Of a stretch of DNA of 32,000 bases, positions 1 to 7,210 are shown piece by piece. Numbering within the stretch: the stretch's first letter is position 1; every line of letters begins with the position of its first letter. Position numbers and translations under genes: made by a program. This DNA is from Candidatus Sulfotelmatobacter sp. (lineage in GTDB: Bacteria > Acidobacteriota > Terriglobia > Terriglobales > Acidobacteriaceae): the NCBI GenBank assembly GCA_050015215.1, contig JBEKBW010000007.1, forward strand, positions 1 through 32,000, written 5' to 3'. A model generated the notes under the pieces. The model made no database searches. It saw nothing but the letters and a program-made list of their open reading frames with translations, and was not told the DNA's origin.

Positions 1-90
1 CTCTCCGGAATGCCGCTGTCAGAACTGCTGGGCAAAGTACGCCAGTTGGGCGACAACGGCCCGAAACCGCCAGTGGTGGATGGTAAGTAG
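1..90 (+). CDS. 3' end of an upstream gene cut by the window edge (partial; ...LSGMPLSELLGKVRQLGDNGPKPPVVDGK*)
   Basis: Frame 1 is open from base 1 to TAG at 88-90. There is no start in the window, and 29 aa is too short to assign a family. Confidence 0.25.
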   Translation, partial: LSGMPLSELLGKVRQLGDNGPKPPVVDGK

Positions 91-163
91 AGGCCTCGTT
101 AGCTCGTTGGGGACAGCCGCCTCGGCTATCCCGCGAGCGAAGCGAGCAATCGGAGCAAGTGTT

Positions 164-370
164 ATGACCACGAAGTCGAAAGGAATGAGTCTGGGAATAG
201 CGTTAGGCGCGGCATTAGGCGTCATGCTAGGCGTGCTAGCAGGGCACGTCGCCCTATGGCTGGGAATCGGTATGGCAATCGGCATCGCCATCGGCAGCAC
301 GCTGCGCCGACCTACGTGCGCGCACTGCGAAGCAGCAAAACGAAACCGACAGTTAGGAACTGGAAGCTGA
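164..370 (+). CDS. small glycine-zipper membrane protein (68 aa), first gene of the PspA cluster
   Basis: Internal ATG of ORF 80..370. MTTKSKGMSLGIALGAALGVMLGVLAGHVALWLGIGMAIGIAIGS gives two Gly/Ala-rich hydrophobic segments, followed by a basic tail with CAHC. The stop lies 17 nt before the pspA start. Confidence 0.55.
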   Translation: MTTKSKGMSLGIALGAALGVMLGVLAGHVALWLGIGMAIGIAIGSTLRRPTCAHCEAAKRNRQLGTGS

Positions 371-387
371 GAAAAAGGGGGTTTACC

Positions 388-1047
388 ATGGCACTACTAG
401 AGCGCGTTTCCACATTAGTTCGGGCCAACCTCAACGACTTGATCGACAGGGCAGAGGAGCCGGAGAAGATGATCAAGCAGGTGATTCTCGATATGCAGAA
501 TCAACTGCTGCAGGTAAAGACGCAGGTGGCGATCGCTATCGCCGACGAGCATCTGCTGGAGAAGAAACAAAAAGAGAACGCCGACAAGGTTGCCGAGTGG
601 ATGCGCAAAGCTGAACTCGCGGTCGATAAAAAGCAGGACGACCTGGCGCGCGCCTCACTGCAGCGAGTCGAAAGCTATCGCGAGCTGAGCGAGAACTTCG
701 CGCAGCAGGTGACCGATCAGAAAGCGCAAGTGGAAAATCTGAAATCGGCTCTGCGCCAACTCGAGCAAAAGCTGACCGAGGCGCAAGCCAAAGCCGACTT
801 GCTGATCGCGCAAAACCGCCGCGCCCGCGCTGTGGGCAAGGCGAGCGATGCTCGACTGGCGATGGGCGACGGCTCGAAAGCCGCGGCCTTCGACCGCATG
901 ACGCGAAAAGTAGCGCGTTCGGAAGCGGTGAGCCAGGCCAAGTCCGAAATCGCCGGCGACAATATGGAAGACCGTCTGGCCGCGCTGGAAAAAGAAGATC
1001 GTATTGAGCAGTTGCTGGCGGAGTTGAAGGGCAAGCGGGGCGCGTAA
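388..1047 (+). CDS. pspA: PspA/IM30 family membrane-stress protein (219 aa)
   Basis: Starts at MALLERVSTLVRANLNDLIDRAEEPEKMIKQVILDMQ, which aligns by eye with the E. coli PspA N-terminus ([33 protein letters not shown]). The rest is coiled-coil throughout. AGGGGG SD at 376-381. The upstream extension of ORF 256..1047 overlaps the previous gene and is rejected. Confidence 0.9.
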   Translation: MALLERVSTLVRANLNDLIDRAEEPEKMIKQVILDMQNQLLQVKTQVAIAIADEHLLEKKQKENADKVAEWMRKAELAVDKKQDDLARASLQRVESYRELSENFAQQVTDQKAQVENLKSALRQLEQKLTEAQAKADLLIAQNRRARAVGKASDARLAMGDGSKAAAFDRMTRKVARSEAVSQAKSEIAGDNMEDRLAALEKEDRIEQLLAELKGKRGA

Positions 1048-1067
1048 ATGACACATAGGGGGTTACC

Positions 1068-1526
1068 GTGAAAAAAGAAATGAAGCTAGGATTTCGGCAA
1101 ATGGAGGTCCAGTTTGCCGCGAGCCTTCTACTGGTACTGGTAGTCGTAGGCGCCTGCCCGTCCGTTTGGGCTCAGCAGAAGCCGGAACAGCTGGCGGTGC
1201 AGTCCGCGGAGTCCTGGCTGGCTCTGGTGGACGCCGGCAAGTCTGATGAGAGCTGGCAGGAAGCGGCGCAGCTCTTCAAGACGGCCGTTACCAAAGAAGA
1301 TTGGCGAAAGGCATTGCATGGAAGCCGCGAGCCGCTGGGCAAACTGCTTTCCCGCAAGCTGAAGGGTGCCACCTACAAAACATCGCTTCCAGGCGCTCCC
1401 GATGGCGAGTATGTGGTTATCCAGTACGACAGCAGTTTCGAACACAAGCAGGCAGCGGTCGAAACCGTGACACCGATGTTGGATAAGGATGGGAAGTGGA
1501 GAGTCTCGGGATATCACATAAAGTAG
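1068..1526 (+). CDS. secreted DUF4019-like protein (152 aa)
   Basis: GTG start preceded by AGGGGG; an alternative ATG lies at 1080. Signal peptide (LLLVLVVVGACPSVWAQQ). Pattern ESWQEAAQLF...WRKAL...REPLGKLLSR...LPGAPDGEYVVIQY...ETVTPMLDKDGKWRVSGYHI recalled as DUF4019. Confidence 0.7.
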   Translation: MKKEMKLGFRQMEVQFAASLLLVLVVVGACPSVWAQQKPEQLAVQSAESWLALVDAGKSDESWQEAAQLFKTAVTKEDWRKALHGSREPLGKLLSRKLKGATYKTSLPGAPDGEYVVIQYDSSFEHKQAAVETVTPMLDKDGKWRVSGYHIK

Positions 1527-1574
1527 CCGAGGCTGTGGTTAAGTTGCCTTACTGGGTATGACAAAGCAACAACC

Positions 1575-1868
1575 ATGCGAGAAACCACCACGTTTGTAGT
1601 ATTCCTCCCGCCGGCGATGGCGAAGGAAATCGAGCGAGCCATGAAGGCGGAGCATCGAAAGCGCTCAGAACCTGTGAGGGAGGAGTTGAGCGTATATATG
1701 TCGGCGGATCTTATGCCTACTGAGGTGCTAACTCCGGTCGAGGCGCGCACGTACCGGCGTGGCATGGCCGCCTACCGGCGCGGCGATTCAATAACGCTGC
1801 GGGAGTATCTCGATGGAATGGACCGTCGTCCTCGCCGGTCCCGCAAGAAGCGGAGAAGAACGCCTTGA
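1575..1868 (+). CDS. ribbon-helix-helix (CopG/ParD-like) antitoxin-type protein (97 aa)
   Basis: N-terminal beta-strand plus helix pattern TTFVVFLPPAMAKEIERAMKAEHRKRSE is typical of RHH. The central segment LTPVEARTYRRGMAAYRRGDSITLREYLDGM resembles antitoxin tails. The Arg/Lys-rich last 18 codons may be read-through into a decayed toxin gene. Confidence 0.55.
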   Translation: MRETTTFVVFLPPAMAKEIERAMKAEHRKRSEPVREELSVYMSADLMPTEVLTPVEARTYRRGMAAYRRGDSITLREYLDGMDRRPRRSRKKRRRTP

Positions 1869-1896
1869 ATCTTCAAGAAACGGCCCGGACTGGTAG
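1813..1896 (+). pseudogene. 27-codon stub resembling the N-terminus of a RelE/ParE-type toxin (MEWTVVLAGPARSGEERLESSRNGPDW*)
   Basis: The ATG overlaps the 3' end of the RHH gene in another frame, a classic TA arrangement. The W-x-V-x-L-x-x-x-A start is typical of RelE/ParE. The frame closes after 27 codons, just before a REP-like hairpin. Confidence 0.3.
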
Positions 1897-1911
1897 GGAT
1901 CCTTCGACTCC

Positions 1912-1941
1912 GCACCTACTTCGCTTCGCGAAGTTAGGTGC
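1912..1941. repeat. imperfect palindrome / REP-like stem-loop between convergent genes
   Basis: GCACCTA-CTTCG / CGAAG-t-TAGGTGC gives 12 bp with one bulge and a 5-nt loop. It is flanked by GGATCCTTCGACTCC and CTCAGGATGAC, motifs I recall from dispersed intergenic repeats. Only one copy is present in this window. Confidence 0.5.
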
Positions 1942-1965
1942 TCCGCTCAGGATGACAGAGTCGCG

Positions 1966-2409
1966 TCAGACCGAGTCGGCCTTTCTCACAGAGCTGGACG
2001 CCACTCCCGAAATCGAGAACGGATGCCCCTTCTCGCAAACCGCCACCGGGTCAGCGCGCAACACAAACTCCAAGGCCTCGCTCTCCGACATCTGGTTACT
2101 ATCCAGCACACACCACTTCGTCCGCGATCCGCAACCTGGTTCGCCGCACTCCAGTTCCGCACACAAGAAGTCGACCCGGGTCTCCTCGGACAACGGACGA
2201 GTGTAAGGCGCCCACTGAATATCGCTCTTCTCGTAGATATACCAATGGTCGCAGCCTCCGCAGATCAATCGCACCCGCCACCCTTCCGGCGGCCAGTCGG
2301 GTGGTGCTTCTCCGCTTGCGGGTGGATTGGGATAAGGAAGACGAATGCGCGCTGCGCTGGGGGTGGGACAATCCGGGTTCTTACATCGCACAACCGGCTG
2401 CAAATACAT
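1966..2409 (-). CDS. Cys-rich hypothetical protein, putative multi-zinc-ribbon (147 aa)
   Basis: ORF with a GGAG about 11 nt upstream of the ATG. Cys spacing is C9-x4-C14 ... C50-x2-C53 and C83-x4-C88-x3-C92 ... C100 ... C126-x3-H130. No family recognised. Confidence 0.55.
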   Translation of the reverse strand: MYLQPVVRCKNPDCPTPSAARIRLPYPNPPASGEAPPDWPPEGWRVRLICGGCDHWYIYEKSDIQWAPYTRPLSEETRVDFLCAELECGEPGCGSRTKWCVLDSNQMSESEALEFVLRADPVAVCEKGHPFSISGVASSSVRKADSV

Positions 2410-2557
2410 AGATGAGTGGTCTCCGTGGAACAGTCATTCTGGCTTAAGCGGCGGACGAAGCGCAAGCCGCGGACGCGAAAAAGCGAGGGTGGTATACATC
2501 CACCCAATGCGTGGGCGCATCTGGAGATTTTGCGGTAAAATTCTAGTTTCCAAAACA

Positions 2558-3079
2558 ATGAAGGAATTCATGAGAGCGGTTGCAGTTTGTGCCTTGTTGG
2601 CGTTCGTCGCGTGGACGAGTGGATGCAGCAGCTCGAATGCGCCGAATGCGCAGAATGACGCGAGTGGCGTATGGCAGGCCGCTCTGTCCGGCGGCGACGG
2701 CACGGCATCCGGATTCAGTTTTGTTACTCAATTCGCTGTCGGAACGAACGGGGCTCTGTCGGTAACTAATTTTCAGTTCCTGAACAACAACCAGGGCGCC
2801 TGCTTTCCCGTGACCGGCGCGACTCCAAGCGGAACGTTCATGCTCAGTATCAATTCCGCGGACCAGCTGACCGACAGCACGTTTTCCTTTACGGTGACCG
2901 CAAACGGCAACACGCTTACGCTAACCAGCACCAGTGTGACCGGGACGGCAACCGGCTCTGTGATAAGTGGAGGAACAGTTCTCGGCACGTGGGTGCTGCA
3001 GGGAACCAGCACTGGCTGCACCGCTGCGTCCGGCTCCTTCACCATGACGCAATCTTCCACAACTTCTTCCTCAACTTAG
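2558..3079 (+). CDS. lipoprotein, Thr/Ser/Gly-rich beta-type hypothetical (173 aa)
   Basis: Internal ATG of ORF 2345..3079. MKEFMRAVAVCALLAFVAWTSGC is a signal peptide plus lipobox. The upstream extension has no signal peptide and overlaps the divergent gene's upstream region. Confidence 0.75.
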   Translation: MKEFMRAVAVCALLAFVAWTSGCSSSNAPNAQNDASGVWQAALSGGDGTASGFSFVTQFAVGTNGALSVTNFQFLNNNQGACFPVTGATPSGTFMLSINSADQLTDSTFSFTVTANGNTLTLTSTSVTGTATGSVISGGTVLGTWVLQGTSTGCTAASGSFTMTQSSTTSSST

Positions 3080-3103
3080 TCCGCGTCAAAAGGCTAGCCC
3101 GCC

Positions 3104-3247
3104 TCAGAACCATTCGCTGCGGTAAGCCACCCACCAGGCAATAAAGCCGATGGGAACGGTCGCGATCAGGCCCCACCAGATGGGCAGCAAAAAATCGGCT
3201 GCTAAGCCCAGCACCGTGAAAGTCATCCAAAAGATTTTGCGCTCCAT
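3104..3247 (-). CDS. small hydrophobic membrane protein (47 aa)
   Basis: MERKIFWMTFTVLGLAADFLLPIWWGLIATVPIGFIAWWVAYRSEWF has two predicted TM segments. The longer ORF start (3364) adds a Cys/Arg-rich non-protein-like leader. Confidence 0.5.
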   Translation of the reverse strand: MERKIFWMTFTVLGLAADFLLPIWWGLIATVPIGFIAWWVAYRSEWF

Positions 3248-3362
3248 CCCTAAATTGTAGTTCGTTCGCCGGCATGGAAAGCAAATCGAACGTGCATGTC
3301 TTGTAGTATCCTCACCGTATCGACTATTCTGATGCACGCATTCCGCCGCCGTCTTACAACTC

Positions 3363-4142
3363 ATGAACGCTGAACTTATCTCTTTCTGTCTCGGCCTTTG
3401 TTGGCTGTCGTGCGCTGGACCCGCCCTAACCCAGTCCGCAACACAGTCCGCGGCAGTTCACCCCGATCTTCAATACTCAGTGCAAGGCAGCATTTCCCCT
3501 GCGGCTATGTCGGCGCAGGGCGGTCCAGTCTCCTACGCCTCGGTAACGCAACTCGGCGGACTACTCACGCAGTTGGAAGGGACGTCCAAGACTTCGCAGG
3601 CTGATCTTACAAAGCTGCGGATCGAGCGCTGGAAAACGGATGGCTCAACCAAGAAGCAGTCGTTGAGTGACGTCGATTCCATCCAGCGCAATCTGCAGAG
3701 CGCGCTGCCGGAAATGATTGGCCAGTTGCGCGGCGCGCCAGAAGACCTTTCCGCGACCTTCAAGCTCTACCGCAATCTGGACGCTCTTTATAACGTAATG
3801 AGCGGAGTGGTGGAATCGGCCGGCGCCTTCGGGCCCAAGGATGATTTTCAGGCACTCTCCAACGATCTCAGTGCCTTTGAAGCATCCCGCAAGCAATTCG
3901 CGGAGCGCATGAATACACTCGCGGCTTCGAAGGAGCAGGAAATTGTGCGCCTGCGCGCCGACCTGAAAGCGGCGCAGGCTGCGATCCCAGCGACGCCGCC
4001 GAAGAAAACGGTAGTGGACGACACCGAACCGGCGAAGAAGCCGGCAGTGAAGAAGAAACCGGTACCTAAAAAGCCGGTTGCCACGCCACCGGCAAACGCA
4101 GCTCCCGGACAAGCTCAGCCCGCGCCTTCGAAGCCGCAGTAA
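3363..4142 (+). CDS. secreted hypothetical protein with helical core and Pro/Lys-rich C-terminal tail (259 aa)
   Basis: Signal-like N-terminus (FCLGLCWLSCAGPALTQS). The helical region is followed by PAKKPAVKKKPVPKKPVATPPANAAPGQAQPAPSKPQ. Confidence 0.7.
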   Translation: MNAELISFCLGLCWLSCAGPALTQSATQSAAVHPDLQYSVQGSISPAAMSAQGGPVSYASVTQLGGLLTQLEGTSKTSQADLTKLRIERWKTDGSTKKQSLSDVDSIQRNLQSALPEMIGQLRGAPEDLSATFKLYRNLDALYNVMSGVVESAGAFGPKDDFQALSNDLSAFEASRKQFAERMNTLAASKEQEIVRLRADLKAAQAAIPATPPKKTVVDDTEPAKKPAVKKKPVPKKPVATPPANAAPGQAQPAPSKPQ

Positions 4143-4239
4143 AGAACCGTCGGCCAGCCCTGTAGTATTTTGCGCGCGAAAGCCGGATGCCGAATCTGGT
4201 ACGCTTTCCTTCCACATTTGTTTACGCGGACAGATAGCT

Positions 4240-5427
4240 ATGAATCCTCATGGCAGCATATTGGCGATCATTTTTGGATTCGTAATTTTATGGGTGGTCT
4301 TTCTCGACGCCTTTGAGACGGTAGTTCTCCCGCGCCGCGTCACCCGCCACTTCAAGCTGACGGCGTGGTTTTACCGCCGCACCTGGATTCCGTGGCGGCG
4401 TATTGCCGAGCACATTCGCACGCCTTCTCGCCAGCAAGGTTTTCTAGGATACTTCGGCCCCTTGTCTCTGATCATGCTGCTGGCATTCTGGGCCACGTGC
4501 CTGATTTTTGGCTTCGCTCTATTGCAATACGGTATCGGCGGGCACGAGCAGCTCGGCCAAGAGCCGATCACCTTCGGACGGATTATCTATCAAAGCGGCC
4601 AGACTTTCTTTACGCTGGGCTACGGGGACATTTTGCCGACGACAGCACTGGCCCGCGGGCTTTCCGTGCTGGAAGCGGGCATGGGATTTGCATTTCTCGG
4701 AGTAGTAATCGGCTATATCCCGGTCGTCTACGCATCCTTCTCAAGGCGTGAGATTCAGATTTCCATGTTGGACGCGCGCGCCGGCTCGCCCCCTACCGCG
4801 ACGGAGTTGCTGGTGCGCTTGGCCGGAAGCTCGGAAAATCCAGCCATCGAGCAGATAGTGCTCGATGGTGTGTTGCGCGACTGGGAGCGCTGGGCGGCGG
4901 AGTTGCTGGAGAGCCACATCTCTTATCCGGTTCTCAGTTTTTTTCGTTCGCAACACAGCAATCAATCGTGGCTGGGCGCCCTCACCACAATGCTGGATGT
5001 GACATCTCTGATCCTCGCCGGAATTGAAGGGGTGCACCCGGGCCAGGCGCGGTTAACTTTTGCCATGGCGCGCCACGCCGCTGTGGATCTGGCGCAGGTC
5101 GTGAACGCCCAATACGATCCGACTGCCCCGGAGCGGCTGTCGGATGAAAATTTCAATGCCCTGCGCGACAAGCTGGCCGCCGGCGGCCTGAAGCTGCGCG
5201 CAACCGACGATGCCCGTCAGAAGCTGGACCGATTGCGCTCGATGTACGAACCCTACGCACATTCAACTGGACGCAACCTCATGCTTGCGGTGCCGCCCTG
5301 GAATCATCCGGAAAAGATTCGCGACAATTGGCAGGCTGGGCCATGGGACCGGATCATCCAAGCCAAAGGGCTAGCCATTCTGGGGCAAAAGCCAGTCCAC
5401 CCGCAAAGCTTTGAGGAACATTTCTGA
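4240..5427 (+). CDS. two-TM potassium channel family protein with uncharacterised ~240-aa cytoplasmic domain (395 aa)
   Basis: Selectivity filter FFTLGYGDILP lies between hydrophobic helices. The N-terminal TM starts at MNPHGSILAIIFGFVILWVVF. The ORF-track start (4078) overlaps the previous gene and is rejected. Confidence 0.85.
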   Translation: MNPHGSILAIIFGFVILWVVFLDAFETVVLPRRVTRHFKLTAWFYRRTWIPWRRIAEHIRTPSRQQGFLGYFGPLSLIMLLAFWATCLIFGFALLQYGIGGHEQLGQEPITFGRIIYQSGQTFFTLGYGDILPTTALARGLSVLEAGMGFAFLGVVIGYIPVVYASFSRREIQISMLDARAGSPPTATELLVRLAGSSENPAIEQIVLDGVLRDWERWAAELLESHISYPVLSFFRSQHSNQSWLGALTTMLDVTSLILAGIEGVHPGQARLTFAMARHAAVDLAQVVNAQYDPTAPERLSDENFNALRDKLAAGGLKLRATDDARQKLDRLRSMYEPYAHSTGRNLMLAVPPWNHPEKIRDNWQAGPWDRIIQAKGLAILGQKPVHPQSFEEHF

Positions 5428-5435
5428 AAAGTGAG

Positions 5436-5470
5436 AACTCACAATTCGAGGGCCGTGAGTTGGCTTTTTT
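5436..5470 (+). terminator. weak intrinsic-terminator-like hairpin after the channel gene
   Basis: AACTCAC (5436-5442) pairs with GTGAGTT (5455-5461) across a 12-nt loop, followed by GGC and TTTTTT (5465-5470). Confidence 0.35.
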
Positions 5471-5495
5471 GTTAACATCCTGCTTGCTCGACAGC

Positions 5496-6506
5496 ATGAA
5501 CAAAATCGGCGAAAACGTAGTGCGAATCGAAGCAGAGGCGTTGCGCGCCCTCGCCGATCGCATTGCCGGCCCGATGTCCGCAGCGTTTGAACGAGCCGTA
5601 GAGTTGCTGTTTTGTTGCGCCGGCCGAGTGGTGGTCACCGGGATGGGCAAAAGCGGCCTGATCGCGCGCAAGATCGCGGCTACGTTCAGCTCTACCGGAA
5701 CGCCGGCGTTGTATCTGCATCCGGTGGAGGCGCTGCACGGCGACTTGGGTATGGTAGTGCGCGGCGATGTGGTGGTGGCACTCTCCGCGAGCGGGGAAAC
5801 GGAAGAAATTCTGGCCTTACTCGCGACCATCAAGCGCCTGCGGGTTCCGCTCATTGCGATGACGGGAGATGAAATATTCAGGCCTGCAAGCGCAGCGCGC
5901 GAATCATCCCCTATGCGAATCTCGACTTTAACCGCAGCCGCCGACGTAGCTCTCGACTGCTCGATTGCAGAAGAAGCGTGCTCCCTGGGACTGGCACCGA
6001 CCGCCTCGACCACGACCATGCTCGCGCTCGGCGATGCCCTGGCGGTCACGCTCAGCCAGAAGCGCGGATTCAGGGAAGAAGACTTTGCCAATCTGCACCC
6101 GGGCGGCAGACTCGGCAAGCGCCTGGCCCGCGTTGAGACGCTGATGCACTCCGGGGACGCGTTGCCATGCGTGACCCTGCACACCAAGATGCCAGACGTA
6201 ATTTATGAAATGTCGCGCAAGAAACTCGGTGTGACGGCCGTGGTGGCTGACGGAAAGCTAGTCGGAGTTATCAGCGATGGCGATTTGCGCAGGCTGCTTC
6301 AAAATCGCGGCAAAGATGTGATGGATCTGACTGCAAGCGAGGCTATGACGCGGGGTCCCAGGACAATAGCTCCCGGAGAATTCGCCGCAGCCGCGCTGGC
6401 CTTGATGGAAGAAAAGAAAATTACCTCGCTGATGGTCGTCGACGATAACGGAGAGCTGAAGGGAATAGTGCACCTCCACGATCTGTGGAGCACCGATCTC
6501 GTGTAG
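5496..6506 (+). CDS. kdsD: KpsF/GutQ/KdsD family arabinose-5-phosphate isomerase (SIS + 2 CBS domains)
   Basis: Motifs VVVTGMGKSGLIARKIAATFSSTGTPALYLHPVEALHGDLG, EEACSLGLAPTASTT, HPGGRLGKRL and a C-terminal CBS pair (ISDGDLRR...VHLHDL). Starts at MNKIG; the track start at 5460 is a non-ATG extension. Confidence 0.9.
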   Translation: MNKIGENVVRIEAEALRALADRIAGPMSAAFERAVELLFCCAGRVVVTGMGKSGLIARKIAATFSSTGTPALYLHPVEALHGDLGMVVRGDVVVALSASGETEEILALLATIKRLRVPLIAMTGDEIFRPASAARESSPMRISTLTAAADVALDCSIAEEACSLGLAPTASTTTMLALGDALAVTLSQKRGFREEDFANLHPGGRLGKRLARVETLMHSGDALPCVTLHTKMPDVIYEMSRKKLGVTAVVADGKLVGVISDGDLRRLLQNRGKDVMDLTASEAMTRGPRTIAPGEFAAAALALMEEKKITSLMVVDDNGELKGIVHLHDLWSTDLV

Positions 6507-6565
6507 CGCCGCCGTCCAGGCGGCTCCCAACGGGAAGAATTCGCAGCCAGCGCTACAATACTCCG

Positions 6566-6775
6566 ATGTATCACTACGATCCCAATACGGCGCTGGAAGA
6601 ACTCACAGAAGACGCAACTTTGCCCAACCCCGTGCACGTGCGCGACATGATGCTGCGCAAGCAGCTCTCAGCCGACAAATCTCTGGAGCTGAACCGCCTA
6701 TTCGTTGAGTATCAGAAGTTTTTTGGCGAAGCGCAGAAGCTGGGGAGAGAGATATTGAAACAACTCGCGGCGTAG
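6566..6775 (+). CDS. small helical hypothetical protein (69 aa)
   Basis: Internal ATG of ORF 6485..6775 (MYHYDPNTALEEL...). Composition is protein-like, but no family is recognised. Confidence 0.4.
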   Translation: MYHYDPNTALEELTEDATLPNPVHVRDMMLRKQLSADKSLELNRLFVEYQKFFGEAQKLGREILKQLAA

Positions 6776-6781
6776 GCCGGT

Positions 6782-7210
6782 TCACAAAGGGACTTGGTCC
6801 AGTCCGACGATGAACTGAATTCCGTCCACACGCCTGCCTTTGAGGTGATTGTCGTTCGTGACAAACAGGTCGATCCCTGCCTCGGCGGCACACGCGAGCT
6901 GAATCGCGTCCGGGCCTTTGATCGAAGCTGTGCCGCGAATCGTGGCGTATCGACGCGCGGTTTTCAAGTCGAATGGCAGGATTATGGAAGTCTTTCCCAG
7001 GGCCTCTTCGTAAAGCCGGCAACGTGCGTGATCGCCCTTGGCTGCGGGTTTGACCAAGATTTCCCCGACCGTCAATGTGGACGTGAACAGCTGATCGCCC
7101 CGATCCAGCATATTTTGGCGGAGTTGCTTCGTGGCAGCCGAGCGGGCGTCGCTTCCCTCAAAAAAATAGATGAATAGGTTCGAATCCCAAAAGATGCGGC
7201 TCACTCCCAT
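6782..7210 (-). CDS. vapC: PIN-domain toxin, VapC family (142 aa)
   Basis: Acidic PIN residues occur in the expected order: FWDSN (Asp), VGEIL (Glu), GPDAIQLA (Asp), VTND (Asp). The start overlaps the stop of the upstream gene (ATGGGAGTGA). Confidence 0.85.
   Translation of the reverse strand: MGVSRIFWDSNLFIYFFEGSDARSAATKQLRQNMLDRGDQLFTSTLTVGEILVKPAAKGDHARCRLYEEALGKTSIILPFDLKTARRYATIRGTASIKGPDAIQLACAAEAGIDLFVTNDNHLKGRRVDGIQFIVGLDQVPL

Noticed and set aside
236-260. GGGCACG-containing stretch checked as a sigma-54 promoter for pspA
   Set aside because: TTGC is absent at the required 4-nt spacing after GGCACG, and the site lies inside the small membrane protein gene.
1865-2206. 113-aa plus-strand ORF starting in the REP-like element
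   Set aside because: It begins by translating the hairpin repeat (..DPSTPHLLRFAKLGAPLRMT..) and overlaps the more protein-like Cys-rich minus-strand gene. It is probably a repeat-derived artefact.
2345-2557. Upstream extensions of real genes in the ORF track (2345 for the lipoprotein). The same applies to 4078 for the K+ channel, 256 for pspA, 30831 for the thiolase, 31873 for fasciclin, 26763 for GH27 and 25337 for the CDP-alcohol transferase.
   Set aside because: Internal starts give proper signal peptides, TM starts or SD sequences. The extensions overlap neighbouring genes or are Arg-rich junk.
5354-6187. 277-aa minus-strand ORF antisense to kdsD. Similar long antisense ORFs occur at 8355..9152 (in proS), 27693..28694 (in the ACAD), 12642..13139 and 13239..13784 (in the PBP), 536..1054 (in pspA) and 20598..21104 (in lhr).
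   Set aside because: Each lies fully inside a gene with unmistakable family motifs on the other strand. Their translations are Arg/Ser/Ala-rich low-complexity sequence typical of shadow ORFs in GC-rich DNA.
7177-7187. GGTTCGAATCC, a perfect tRNA T-loop/T-arm consensus
   Set aside because: It sits inside the vapC N-terminal coding sequence (FWDSNLF). No acceptor, D or anticodon arms can be drawn around it.
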